NCBI RefSeq assembly: GCF_963921235.1
Contig: NC_086106.1
Location: forward strand, 23,870,001 to 23,934,000
DNA length: 64,000 nucleotides
Source: Mobula hypostoma
Lineage: Eukaryota
Direction of reading: 5' to 3'
The notes under the pieces were generated by a model that was not told the DNA's origin, made no database searches, and saw only the letters and a program-made list of their open reading frames with translations. Positions 12,497-24,131 of this stretch are shown here, one piece after another (within the stretch, counting starts at the first letter, position 1; each line of letters begins with the position of its first letter). The position numbers were made by a program, and so were the translations under genes.

Positions 12497-12596
12497 ATGC
12501 AACAAATATAAAAGTTGCTGGTGAAAGCAACAGGCCAGGCAGCATCTCTGGGAAGAGGTACAATCGATGTTTCGGGCTGAGACCTTTCGTCAGAAT
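12497..12596 (-). mobile_element. Penelope-type terminal fragment with hammerhead-like core
   Basis: Minus strand CTGACGA-AAGG-TCTCAG-CCC-GAAAC. Paralog at 53000-53097. Family assigned from recalled motif similarity. Confidence 0.55.
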
Positions 12597-12883
12597 GCCA
12601 TGACTGTTTTATTCAGGGTGGGGGGCAGAGGGTTTGTCAGAAAGACTTTGGCACGACTTCACGCCTTGTTCCCTCAGGGAACAGACATGATAAATGTTGG
12701 TTCTCAGTGGAGTTGCTGTCTGTACAATGCTTGTCATCAGTCCCATTTAGCGTTGTGTGAATCGGAGTTTAATTGTTTTTCATTCGCCACTTAAAACTGT
12801 CCTTCAAATAAAAATGAATCGTGTGAATGGATAAACGAGAACTGTGTTGTTTATCTACACGCGCCGTGTTAAAATAGGGGAAA

Positions 12884-13360
12884 ATGAAACTATTGTCTTC
12901 TATTCGCTATTCGTTATCAGCAATATTGTCAATACATCGATATTTTTTCCAGCGCATGTTGATGAGCAGAAGAGTTTCATTGTTGATTTTTTTTTTTTAT
13001 GTTCTACAGGTCCCGAGACGTGAATTGTTTTAGCTGCTCTGGAGTACAATGAAATCTCAGCATTGATGATTAATTAGTGATTCGTCTTCTGGAGGATCCT
13101 TTCAGATCTCTTCCTTCATTGAAAATCCTTTTCGATTAATCGCTGCACCTCTTAGGTTTAACTCCGGACGACTCATAATTTACAATCCCAATCAACTTTC
13201 TAAACGATACAACTTTGAACTCTGGGTTGGACGCTGAAGGGTCCGCAGAATGCCGACTCATTCGATGGGGAACACGTGGTGATAATTTGCAGTTGACCTC
13301 CGAAATAAACTCAGTAGCCTGAGGCCCCGAGCTGTAGAACCGTCGTGCAAAAACAACGTT
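12884..13360 (+). pseudogene. Highly decayed V relic
   Basis: Hydrophobic leader-like stretch (IVFYSLFVI) after ATG 12884. Poly-T acceptor CTACAG|GT at 13009. FR3-like frameshifted run ADSFDG..GDNLQLT..INSV.PE..AV. No intact RSS. Confidence 0.42.
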
Positions 13361-13762
13361 GTTGTGGGCGTCATAACAATGGAGACTCAGATCGTAACGG
13401 CACAGATACAAGGGCAGTAGGGCATATGAACGGTACCAAACTTTTAATCTTACCGGTCAATCGATATATATCTGGTCCATGTATTTATGCAGACTTCTAT
13501 AAAACGCTAAAATAGAGACCTCTTTGTGAAGATATCGCATATTTCTGGAAATACAGCAATGCCCCAGCGGGATAGAAAAGGACGTTATGCATTGTTGCCT
13601 GATAATCTGATACAAGATAGAGAATAGGTTAATGTGGCGCAAGTATCTACTCCCCTCTTGTGACTTCATTTCAATGTAGTAGTTGTGGGAAGAATGAGGT
13701 TCTTTTCGATTTGATACGGATAAGAAACTCAACGGATCCTCATGCGTTCTATACTGTATATG

Positions 13763-14233
13763 GCGATCACAAAACAAAGAAGAATGCTTTTAACATCTGT
13801 TGATTTAGGCATGAGATTTCTGAAGACGTTGTTTTATTTGCCACTCTGTTCATCTTATTCGGCAACTGAAGACCGGTAATTCGCAATCCACAATAAGACA
13901 TGCGTATATTTGCCTGCCGTCAAGTCCACGGTCTCAACAAGCACCATCACATAAGTACCAGTATATACAGTCTGCTCTTCCGGGATTGGCATGAGCAGTG
14001 AAACCTCTGTTCCGCCGGGTAACAAGATGACAAGGGAGAACAATGAACTCGTATTATTTCACAGTTCGCGATATTCCTGTCACGTCCTCGACATGTCAGT
14101 GGCTCTGTACGTCTTTGAGATATTTCCTAAGCAGACTGAGCAGGGAAGTAGGAAACCAGGTGGAACATTGATCACTTTATTGTAGACAAATGCAGAAAAT
14201 AAAAACAATAGAGAACTAATGAGAGCAGGTCAT
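13763..14233 (-). pseudogene. Decayed inverted V relic (leader, ~100-bp intron, V exon)
   Basis: Minus strand: leader MTCSH*FSIVFIFCICLQ* ends A|GTGATC (14176-14233). Acceptor GACAG|GA at 14076. Frameshifted exon contains VILLPGGTEVSL-C, IYWY, FSCRI and ANKTTSSEISCL..AF..C, with spacing close to the intact Vs. Confidence 0.6.
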
Positions 14234-15022
14234 ATTTTTAAACTGACGAGGCGTAGACTACGCAAGATTCTGTTTTTTTCTTTTGTTCTCAGTTATGAGT
14301 TTTGACGTAGCTCAAGACATTTCGCTTTCAATCTAGAAACCAAATTGCAGTAGTTGCATTTTCAGATCCACACGAATGAAGCAATAATCAAATATTGTGC
14401 CTTGTGTTCCCTTCAGTCCAATGAGGTGTACACTTTATCATTGGTCCAACAATTTACTTATACAGCATTGCAAACCAAGCATGGGAAATTCTGTTGAAAA
14501 GCCAGGTTAGTCTTAACTATAGAATCACAAAATATTGCATATGAATTAGTCTGTCCTATCTGTTGAGGCAAGTTCGCACGCACCAATGAGATACACGTTT
14601 GTTTTTGCATGACAATATTGCGATACATGCAATCAGATTAGCAATGAAACATTCTCAAACAATGTCAAAATTTCTTCAGCTCCCTTTGCTATACAAAAGG
14701 ACAAAGTGGGAATGATGTTTTGGCATGTTGTTAGATAATATGAGCGACAGCTTACTGTTCATTGTTAACCATTGCTTGTAACAGTACATTGAACGTACGC
14801 CGATCTAAACTTTCAGTTTTGTTTTGCTTTTCCAGCTGGTATCCATCGGGATTACGCCCTCTGATCAAGCACCTTTCCACAAAGTTTTGTCACTTACTCG
14901 TTCAGATCACTGGACCCGTTACACTCATAGAGTGAGGTTCGTTGCACTGCGTTGAATTCTTTGCTGTCATCGATGCCTACGTGTGTCACTTCCCGACATC
15001 AAGTGGTATTACAGAAGGTATT

Positions 15023-16180
15023 TGTCATGGTCCGGTCCGTAAAGTCCGCGTTCCGGTTCACGGTCAGGTCCGTGGACACAGGACTCCAGGTCTTCCGGCT
15101 GCCCCTTGCTTCAGCTGGGCTTAATCATAGGTACATGATGCTCGACTTGGGGCTTGGAATATACGTGGCGCTGGGTTCGAGTGTGGTTTCTGATTCATCT
15201 CGACAGTATCCCGTCCTGGTTTCTGTAGGGTAAGTCAGGCCGCCTTTATCGTTACCCTGCGATTGGATCTCTTCCCTCCTGTGATTGCCTCCGTTGTGTA
15301 AGCCAGGTACTCTTTGTCGTTACCCTGAAGCTGGACTGTTCCCTTCCCTCCCCCTGCCTTCTGAAGCCTTTCCTGCAACCCGTATCTGGAGCCCTGCCAG
15401 CAATCTGGTCAATTTCAACCACCGGAGCGAGACCGGAGCCTTGTTCTATCAAGAAAAGGAACTAACTGCCTGGCCGTCTGCCGCTACCTAGTTTTCGGAA
15501 CTGTTTCTGTGTCCACGCCTTCGCTATGTAGATCATGGGGTTTGCCGCTACCGTGTGTGGGGAACCATCTCGTCGTGTTCTGCATTCTGTGTAGACCTCC
15601 AGCCTCATGTTCTCTTCCCAAGATAGGTTCCCGGCTCTGTGTTCCATGTACCTGTGTTCCTTTCTCTCAAGTCCAAGGCTCCGTGCCTCCATGCTCAAGA
15701 CCAAGGCTCTGTTTTCTGCGTTCCTGTCGTCCCAAGTCCAAGGTTCCGAGCTTGCTGTCTTCCCAAGTCCAAGGCTCGGCAGTTCCTGAGTACCAAGTCA
15801 AGGCCTTATGTTTTCGTCCTGTCTATTTGCCTCGTCCTGTCCATGTGTCTTGTCCTCTCCTGGAGTTCCCTCGTCCTTCCCAGGTGTCTCTCGTACTGTC
15901 CTGTAGCCTCGCCTAGTCCTGTCTCCCAAGACCACGTCATCCCTTCGCCTAGTTCCGGAGTCCGATCACTCGTCAAGAACCAGGTTATTGCTCCTTGTCC
16001 TGTCTCTGGCTCGGAGTCCGAACCCAAGCCTGTTCTCGCCTCGAAGATCCCAAGCCATGACAAAACCAAGCCATGAGGAACCCCAGCCATGAAACAAAAC
16101 AAAAAAAAAAAAAAAATACAAGCTATGTCCAGTTCTATAGCTACATCATGTCCTCGCCTAGTTCCGGTGTCCGAGCCCGA
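15023..16180 (+). mobile_element. LTR-like element, truncated on the right at the duplication breakpoint
   Basis: Starts TGTCATGGTCCGGTCC after GTATT; internal CCCAAGTCCAAGG repeats; homologous to 55529-56960. Confidence 0.75.
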
Positions 16181-16184
16181 ATCT

Positions 16185-16730
16185 CACAGCTGCGGATGTT
16201 GAAAGCCTACGAAGAAGAGCCGTCGAACTAAACGACGCCTTTCATGTCTGTGTGGAATGATTGAACTACCTTGAGGAGCCTTAGGGAGCAACCAGTCCTG
16301 GCAAGGATTTTGAACAGGCTGTCTCTGCTCACAGGGTCGAAAGCCTTCGTAAGGCGAATGAAAGCGACGTAGAGTGGTTGTCTTTGTTCTCTGCGCTTCT
16401 CTTGTAGCTGTCGAAGGGAGAAGATCATGTCGATTATAGAGCGTTTGACCTGAAACCGCACTGAGTGTCCGGATATACCCTTTCTGCTATGTTCTGCAAT
16501 CTGTTCAGGACCACGCGGTGAAGACTATCCCAAGGATGCTCAGCAAGGAGATTCCCTTGGAGTTGTTACAGTCGCTTCTGTCGCCTTTGTTCTTATATAG
16601 AGTGAAAATGGCGCAGTCTCTTATGTCTTGCAGCACTGCTCCCTCTATCCAGCACTGGCACAGTAGTTCGTGCAGGTGAAATGCAGATAACGGCGGATAA
16701 CATAGTGAGGGCCTATGTTCATTAACCACA
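16185..16730 (-). mobile_element. RTE-clade LINE RT fragment
   Basis: TLYKNKGDRSDCNN..GISLLS and RSIIDMIFSLRQLQEK.REQRQPLYVAF..LTKAFD.VSR. Confidence 0.88.
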
Positions 16731-17287
16731 TCTATGAAATGTAGCTTTGGTTTGCTTCCAGACTACTACAATTTATTTACTTTGCCCATTTAGAAAGTAA
16801 TATGAAGACGTATAGGAACTGTTTTTATGGGTCGTTTTTCTGAGCTCCTGCATATCTGCCGCAGTGTGGGTCCTATGACAGATCTATATGGCTATATGGC
16901 GGTTTCCTGCACGTGGTCCAGTTATGCCTACATTCCAAATATGTACTGATTAGCGTGGGTAGATCATAGCTATGGTAGGATGTCAGGGGAACATTGATGG
17001 GTCTGGCAGGTATCTCAGGTTAATTTTCGCTGATTTGTTTTGACTCAAGCGATGCAATTCCATGCATATTTCAGTAGGTCAATGTATATTGACAAATAAT
17101 ATTATGTTTATGCATGTCTGTATTTACTTATCAACTAACGGTGCGTCTGCCTATCCAACTGCCTTTCATATTTGATCATCCTTTTCAGGTGGAAGATAGC
17201 TGCACTAATCAGCGCGAATAGCTCATTGAGAGAACAGCTCCTCAAAGTTATGACAATTACCGACGCAAGATACCATCTCCCTCCATC

Positions 17288-17289
<2 letters not shown>

Positions 17290-17326
<37 letters not shown>
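17290..17326. repeat. (CT)n microsatellite
   Basis: Direct reading. Confidence 0.97.
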
Positions 17327-17330
<4 letters not shown>

Positions 17331-17699
17331 CCCCCCGCCTCTCTCTGTCACAAAGCTATCCCTAATTCGTCTCTTTTAGTCTCTCTCAATCTTCTCAATA
17401 AAGCCTTTTCTCTGTAAGTACCAAGTTAACCAGTCTACTGGTGCCCCTCGGTTAATAGCAGGTTCTCGAGGTACATATATATAAGACTGTGACGCTCTTT
17501 CCTTGAGGTACATGGACCCTGTCACCTCTGAGGAAATAGGCGGAGCATGTATCAAGAGGCTTCGTTCCCATTGAGTGTTTTCTATTTCCTGTCCATTATT
17601 TCAAATGCACCACTAAACAGAGAACCAGAACCTTCTGAAGCTTGTCGACAACTTGTTGAGGAGAAAATTACTCAACCTATCCTTTATATTAAAAAAAAG

Positions 17700-18151
17700 A
17701 TGTGGAGAACTGTCTTCTGGATTCTGTGTGGAGCCTGGTTAAGTGGTCTGTGAGCAGCAGCAAATTTATGAGCATTCTGGAAACTGGAGTCTGATTAAAA
17801 AAAAACGTCAACATAACATTTCATTTTTTGCCATTATTTTTCAGATACGGGTCATGGAAACTCTGTCACTCAGACACTGCCACTAGCAGTGAAGACAAGC
17901 GAAGGATCTGTGACGTTGAGCTGCACCTATGATACTACACAGAGAAACTATATTTTATATTGGTACCGACAAAGCCCAGAGCAAAGTCTCGAGTACATAC
18001 TGTACAAGCATTCTGGTAGATCTGAAGATAAAGCCGATCTTGCCAAAAAACGCGTCATGGTCTATCTGGAGAAGGCAAAATAAATCATTCAGCTCACCAT
18101 CTCAGATCTGCAAATAAGCGACTCTGCAGTTTATTACTGCGCCCTAAGCCG
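17700..18151 (+). pseudogene. TCR V pseudogene of a different family with a single nonsense codon; join(17700..17745,17845..18151)
   Basis: Leader MWRTVFWILCGAWLS ends G|GTCTGT (weak donor). Exon DTGHG-NSVTQTLPLAVKTSEGSVTLSCTYDTTQRNYILYWYRQSPEQSLEYILYKHSGRSEDKADLAKKRVMVYLEKAK*IIQLTISDLQISDSAVYYCALS, with TAA at 18081-18083 and the frame intact afterwards. Confidence 0.9.
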
Positions 18152-18190
18152 CACAGTGATGTATTTTAGTTAAACGCTAGTACACAAATT
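18152..18190 (+). other. 23-bp-spacer RSS
   Basis: Consensus heptamer CACAGTG, 23 nt, ACACAAATT. Confidence 0.9.
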
Positions 18191-18344
18191 CACTTACTTT
18201 AGAACCCATGCTTTGGACGCTGCAGCTGGATATATTTGTACCCTTCTTTTCTGATTGTGGTTTCCCGCCACCAAGAGTACATGTTCACGTTTCCCATGCA
18301 TTTGTCTGAGAAGATTGATCTTTGGTATAACCACACCACACTTG

Positions 18345-18347
<3 letters not shown>

Positions 18348-18393
<46 letters not shown>
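18348..18393. repeat. (TG)23 microsatellite
   Basis: Direct reading. Confidence 0.97.
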
Positions 18394-18396
<3 letters not shown>

Positions 18397-19039
18397 CATG
18401 AGAGAGGAATACTGTGTACATGCGTATACTTATTTGGGAATGTATGGAAATAGAGAGAAGTCTGATGGACGTTTTCATTCCGTTGAACTTTCGGTGCACA
18501 AATGAGTGGCAGTCTGGGTCTGTTGATCTTCCTCCCTCTTCCATTGTGTCTGTTGATCTATCTGTCTCTCACTCTCTTTTTTTTCTCTCTCTCTCTCTCC
18601 CCCCTCCCCGACATTCTAACTTTCTCCTCTCCCTCTAACAACCAATTAATCTCTATCTCGCTTCATCAGCTTCACTATTTTCAGCCGCCAATCTCACGTA
18701 ACTTTCGTCCAAACTTTGTACATCGGTAAAGGAACAATTTTAAGGCGAGTTCCAAAGCGTGGTGGCAATTGAGATTTTTCCAGCTCCATTCTCGTTGGTT
18801 TGATTTAAAATGCATGTAATTTTATGTTTCGTCTATTTGTATTTTTTTTCCCGATGTTAGCGATACATTTCCGGATACTATGCTCACCTTACAAACAATC
18901 TTGGTGTCCATACTGGCTAACGATGAAAATAATTTCAAGGAATGAATCAGAATAACTAACGTCAGAAAAAAATAACAGCACGTGCTATTTCCTTGTCTTT
19001 TCTCTCAGCCATGGAACATCCAAATTAATTCAACATAAT

Positions 19040-20115
19040 CATTCTAGAAACCGTAATCCATCAGCAAGAACTGAGGCCTAAATGTACAATTGGATTGTCC
19101 ATTTCCTTAGAAAAAAAACAATAAGTTCCGATCAGCCACAGTGTCACCAAAGCTCCACCTGCTCATTCCCCTGCTGTTCTCATTTTATGTTTATGACTGT
19201 GAAGGTAACCACAACAACGATATCATATTCTAGTTTGCCTGACGATAGCACTGTTGTTTGTCGAACCAAAGGTGGTTATGGAGGAGTAAATAGGAGAGAG
19301 ATTGAAATTCTTGGTGGATGCTGCCTCAAACGCAACCTCTCTCTCAACGTCAGGAACAATATAGATCTGAGTATTCACTGCAGAGATTTTTTGTCCCAAC
19401 AAGAAGATGACACGTGATGTCCATGATACACTCCTCGTTGGCGTACTAAAAGTGGGGACGGACAACAACGGTAAATTCTTCTGTTTTACCTTGCACAGAG
19501 CCATGCTGCAGATTTTACTAACGTTTGTATCATGGCCTACTATGGATTGACCAATGTCCGTGAATGGAATTATCTTCCGAATTTGTAGATAAGACCGGTG
19601 CACCACATTTGAAAGTCCTTCCCATCGTTGTGCACATGCGCAAGTAGCCGTGTCACTGCATAGAAACATGCGTCATCAAGAATCCCCACCATCTAAACCA
19701 CGTCTTCTCCTTACTTCTGCTGTGAGTAAGGATGTGTAGAAGGATGTTAGTTGTCATTCTACCAGTTTCGAGAATAGCTATTACCCAGCAACCAGCAGGC
19801 TACTGTATCAGACTTCGATCACTTAAGAAAGATTTCACCAATGCCATCTCCTTGATTTGAAGATCTCTAAAAACTCCATAGTCACAATATAATTTATTAG
19901 GTGTTTCTCAATTAATATTCTGTGTTACGTTTAACATTTACACAATTTGTTGTCTTTGTTCATTGCTTGTATACGTCTTTGTTTTGAAGTAATTTTTCAA
20001 TGCCTCCATTGTGATACTTTGTAGTTATTGGACAAGCTCGCAAGATAGCAAATTTCAAGGTAATATATGGCGTAAATGTTTACCTTGATAAAGATTTTCG
20101 TAGAACATTCAACTT
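19040..20115 (+). mobile_element. Rex1/Babar-like LINE 3' fragment, decayed
   Basis: Decayed RT (LPDDSTVV..REIEIL..C..NLSLNV) similar to 32530-32793. Confidence 0.6.
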
Positions 20116-20859
20116 TAAGTCAGAAGCTATTCTCTGTTTCTGTGGCTTAAAAAGAAAATAAAAAAATCTGCTCCTAGTACGTCTGACAAAATACAATAAA
20201 GATTCTCCAATGATCCTAATTTAATTCGTGCTTTTTTTTTGGTGTTCTGTTGATCGAAGTACATCGATCAAGGGATCGATTTATGACATTTCTCAGCACT
20301 TGGAAGGCAGGAATTTATATCACTTTGAACGCCGTGCAATCGTTAATCTTTCTCTGTTCTACTACCGTTGGATCATGGCCCCGTGAAATATAAACCAGGT
20401 ACAATAGAAAGGTAACGTTGAACTAAGTTCTCCGTATTGGGATAACACACAAAAAAATAAATAAAAATCAAAGGTTTAAAACATTTGAAGGGTAAATTTA
20501 ATGTCAGAGGAATGTATAAAATATATATCCTGAGAGCATTTTTCTTCGCAATTATCTACGAAAACTTAGGAGTGCGCCATAGAGGAATGACAGTTACATG
20601 TCAGAATCCTAAAGACCCCACAGCAGCTAACCACTTCCGCGGGACAGGACGGACAATATAATCATTGAGACTCATAATTATCTGATCCGAAGTGTGCCAG
20701 CAAAGATAACTCTATCATTATACAGGATTGATATATAATACCCTGAGAATGCCGAAAGAATGTTGCTAAGGAAATAGAAGTATAGAAACAAACAAACAAA
20801 AAAAAACAACAACAACGACAACAACAAACAGAAACCGTCGGCTCAAAAAATTGTGCCGG

Positions 20860-23045
20860 ACATGTCCTTGCCTCAGAACCACCTAGGCTTACTCATAGCT
20901 CTCCATTTTTCTAAAGCCCATGTATCCATCTGGGAGTCTCTGAAAAGAGCCAATCGTTTCTGTTTCCATCACCGCCGCCGGCAGCCCATGCCACGCATTA
21001 CCACTATCTGCGTGAAAAACAAAAATCCCAGATATTTCCGCTGTACCTTAAAACTACGCCCTCTCTTTCCCGCCATTTCAACCCTGGGAAAAGTATCCGA
21101 CTCTCTGGGCGATCAATGCCTAGCATCATCTTGTACACTTCTATCAAGTCACAGCTCATCCTCCGTCGCTCCTAGGAGAAAATGTCATTGGACCTGTTCT
21201 CGTAAGGCATGCTTCCCAATCCAGACAACGTCCTTGTAAATACCCTCTGCACCTTTTCTATAGTTCCCATGTGCTTCCTGTAGTGATCCGAAAAGAACTG
21301 AGCATAGTACACTAAATGAGGTATGACCGGAACCAAATATAGCTGGAAAATTACCTCTCAGCTCCTCAACACAATCCCATGAATGATGTTGGTCAATGCT
21401 CCCTATGCATTCTTAACCGCAGAGTCAACCTGCGTTGCAGTATTGAGTGTCCCATGGACTCGGACCCCAGGATGCCGTTGGTCCTTCATGCTGCCAAGAG
21501 TCTCGCCATACCGTTATATTCTGCCATCATAGGTGACCTACCCAACTGAACCCACTCACTGACCTGGGTAGAAATCCATCTGCCACCTCGCAGCCCACTT
21601 TTGCATTCCTATCAATGTCGTGCTGTAACTACTCACAGCCCACACTATCCACAAGTCTCCAACATTTGAGTCATCAGAAAATTTACTAACTATCCCCCAC
21701 TGTCTTATCCAGGCTATTTATAAAAAAAAAAAAAATACATATTGATGAGGGTAGAACCGTGGATGTAGTGTATAGGGATTTTAGCGATGACTATATATAT
21801 ATATATATATATACACACACAAGTGTTGGTGTCCCAGAACACATCCCTGAGGCACAACAGCGGTCACCAGCCTCCATGGGGAATGTGACCAGTCAACAAT
21901 CTCTTTTTGCCTTATGTGGGCAAGCCAGTTCTGAATCCACAAAGCAAAGCCCCCCTTCGATCCCATGCAGCCTTACTTTCTCTATAAGCCTTGCATGGGG
22001 TATCTTATCAAAGACATCGCTAAAATCCATACACACTACATCTACGGTTCTACCCTCATCAATATGTAACATTACATCCTCACAAAATTCAATCAGGCTC
22101 GATAGGCACGACCTGACTTTGACAACGCCACGCTAACTATTCCTAATCATATTATACCTCTCTAAATGATCATAAATCATGTCTGTCAGGATCTTCTGCG
22201 TCAACCACGAACGACTGAAGTAAGACTCACTGGCCTATAATTTCCTGGGCAATCCCTACTCTCTTTCTTGAATAACGGAATAATATTCGCAACCCTACAA
22301 TCTTCCGGTGTCTCGCCCGTCCAGATTGATGATGCAAAGATCATCCCCAGAGGCCCAGCAGTCTCCTTCCTTCCTCGCCTCTCACAGTAGCCTGGGGTAC
22401 ATTCCGTCCAGTAGCCGTGAGTTATCCAGCTTGATATTTTCCAAAAGCCCCAGCATATCCTCTTCCTTAATGTCTTCATGCTTAAACTTTACTGTCCGCT
22501 GCAAGTCATCCCTGCAATCACCAAGATCTTTTTCCATAGTGATTACTGAAGCAAAGTATTCATTAAATACTTCTGCCATCTCCTCCGGTTGCATATACAT
22601 TTTCCACTATCACATTTCTTTGATCCTGTTCTCTCACATCTTATCCTCTTGCCTTTCACAGACTTGTAGATGGCCTTGGGGTTTCCCTGAATCTTGTCGC
22701 CAAAGCCTTCTCATGGCCCCTTCTGGCTTTCCTAACTGCATTCTTAAGCTCCTTCCTGCTAGCCTTATAATCTCTCGATCTCTAATATAACCTAAGTTTT
22801 TGAACCTTTTATATTCTTCTTGACCATATTTACAACAACATTTGAGCACCACGGTTCCTGTACCTTAGCATTCTTTCCCTGTCTCATTCGAATGTGTCTA
22901 CGCAGAGCCAAACCAAAATAACCGTTGAACATTTGCCACATTTCCTCCGTACGTTTTCGTGAGAACATCTGTTTCCAATTTATGCTTCCAAGTTCCTGTC
23001 TGATAGGCTCATACTTGCCCATATTCCAGTTAAACTGTTCCATTA
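20860..23045 (-). mobile_element. CR1-type LINE, decayed
   Basis: EEMAEVFNEYFASV, EDCRVANIIPLFKK..PGNYRPVSLTSVV, VPQGCVLG; many frameshifts. Confidence 0.88.
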
Positions 23046-23899
23046 TCCAGTCGTATTTAGTTTAGTTTATCTCAGTGCCATGTCGATTGCCCACTGCAGG
23101 CATTTCTCGCTGAAACTCCAGAGACAACAGCGATCGTACCGATCACATCGCGTAAAAACAGCAAAAAAAAAAGAACAACCACAATCAACAAATGCATGCA
23201 GCATTAATCGACGTCCCCTAAAACGATTCCACCGATTACGGTTCACTCCAAACCTAATTCATTTTCCTCCGACAGTAGGCACCCAGAGAGACAGTAAGAC
23301 CAGCATAACGCCGAAAGTCGGCGGCGACTACTCGCCCCTACTCTGTTGCTGTCCTCGTCGAACTCAATCATGCTCTACGCTTCAGTCGGAGAGGAGTTCC
23401 GGCCATGAGGCTGTACACTTTACATCAAACTTCACTGTATGCCCTCGTAGTTAATAAGGTGCCCCATTGCCCAATCACTCCAAAAAACAAGCATACACAC
23501 AGCTCAAATAGTAACTCGCAGATTCCATTTGCATGTTTTCTAATAGTATAATCATTTGTAAATGAATAAGTAAAAAAAAGCAGAAGAAATAATTTCGTGA
23601 TTTGACTTTAGGACGATGCCACTGGTCGCGTTGTTCATTGGCACCATCAAGACTCCGGTAGTTTTAAAATTATAATCAAGAAGCCGCTGATAGGTTCCCT
23701 GAAGAAACATGGGGATACAAGTCTCAAATAGAGCCGTGCTTTTCTGCACTACGATATTACAATTAATGGGGAAGCGAGTTGTGAAGCCATTCTGCAGCTG
23801 CAGCGAGAGACCTCAAGAGAAAATCGTGCCTGGGCCAGATATTATCAAAGTGGTCTCACACAGCTGCCGATACTGGAACATCACGTTTTTTTTTTATCT

Positions 23900-24131
23900 N
23901 NNNNNNNNNNNNNNNNNNNNNNNNNNNNNNNNNNNNNNNNNNNNNNNNNNNNNNNNNNNNNNNNNNNNNNNNNNNNNNNNNNNNNNNNNNNNNNNNNNNN
24001 NNNNNNNNNNNNNNNNNNNNNNNNNNNNNNNNNNNNNNNNNNNNNNNNNNNNNNNNNNNNNNNNNNNNNNNNNNNNNNNNNNNNNNNNNNNNNNNNNNNN
24101 NNNNNNNNNNNNNNNNNNNNNNNNNNNNNNN
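23900..24131. other. Assembly gap (232 N)
   Basis: Run of n. Confidence 0.99.

Larger units (their letters stand above)
17..16180. repeat. Segmental duplication block A
   Basis: Collinear with ~42580-56745 throughout (V gene, Tc1, relics, LTR) and with 62407-64000. Confidence 0.95.

Noticed and set aside
15660-15900. Spaced short direct repeats resembling a CRISPR array
   Set aside because: Imperfect tandem units inside a eukaryotic LTR, with no unique spacers and no cas genes.
18194-18729. ORFs with HT/CV/SL runs
   Set aside because: Translation artefacts of microsatellites.
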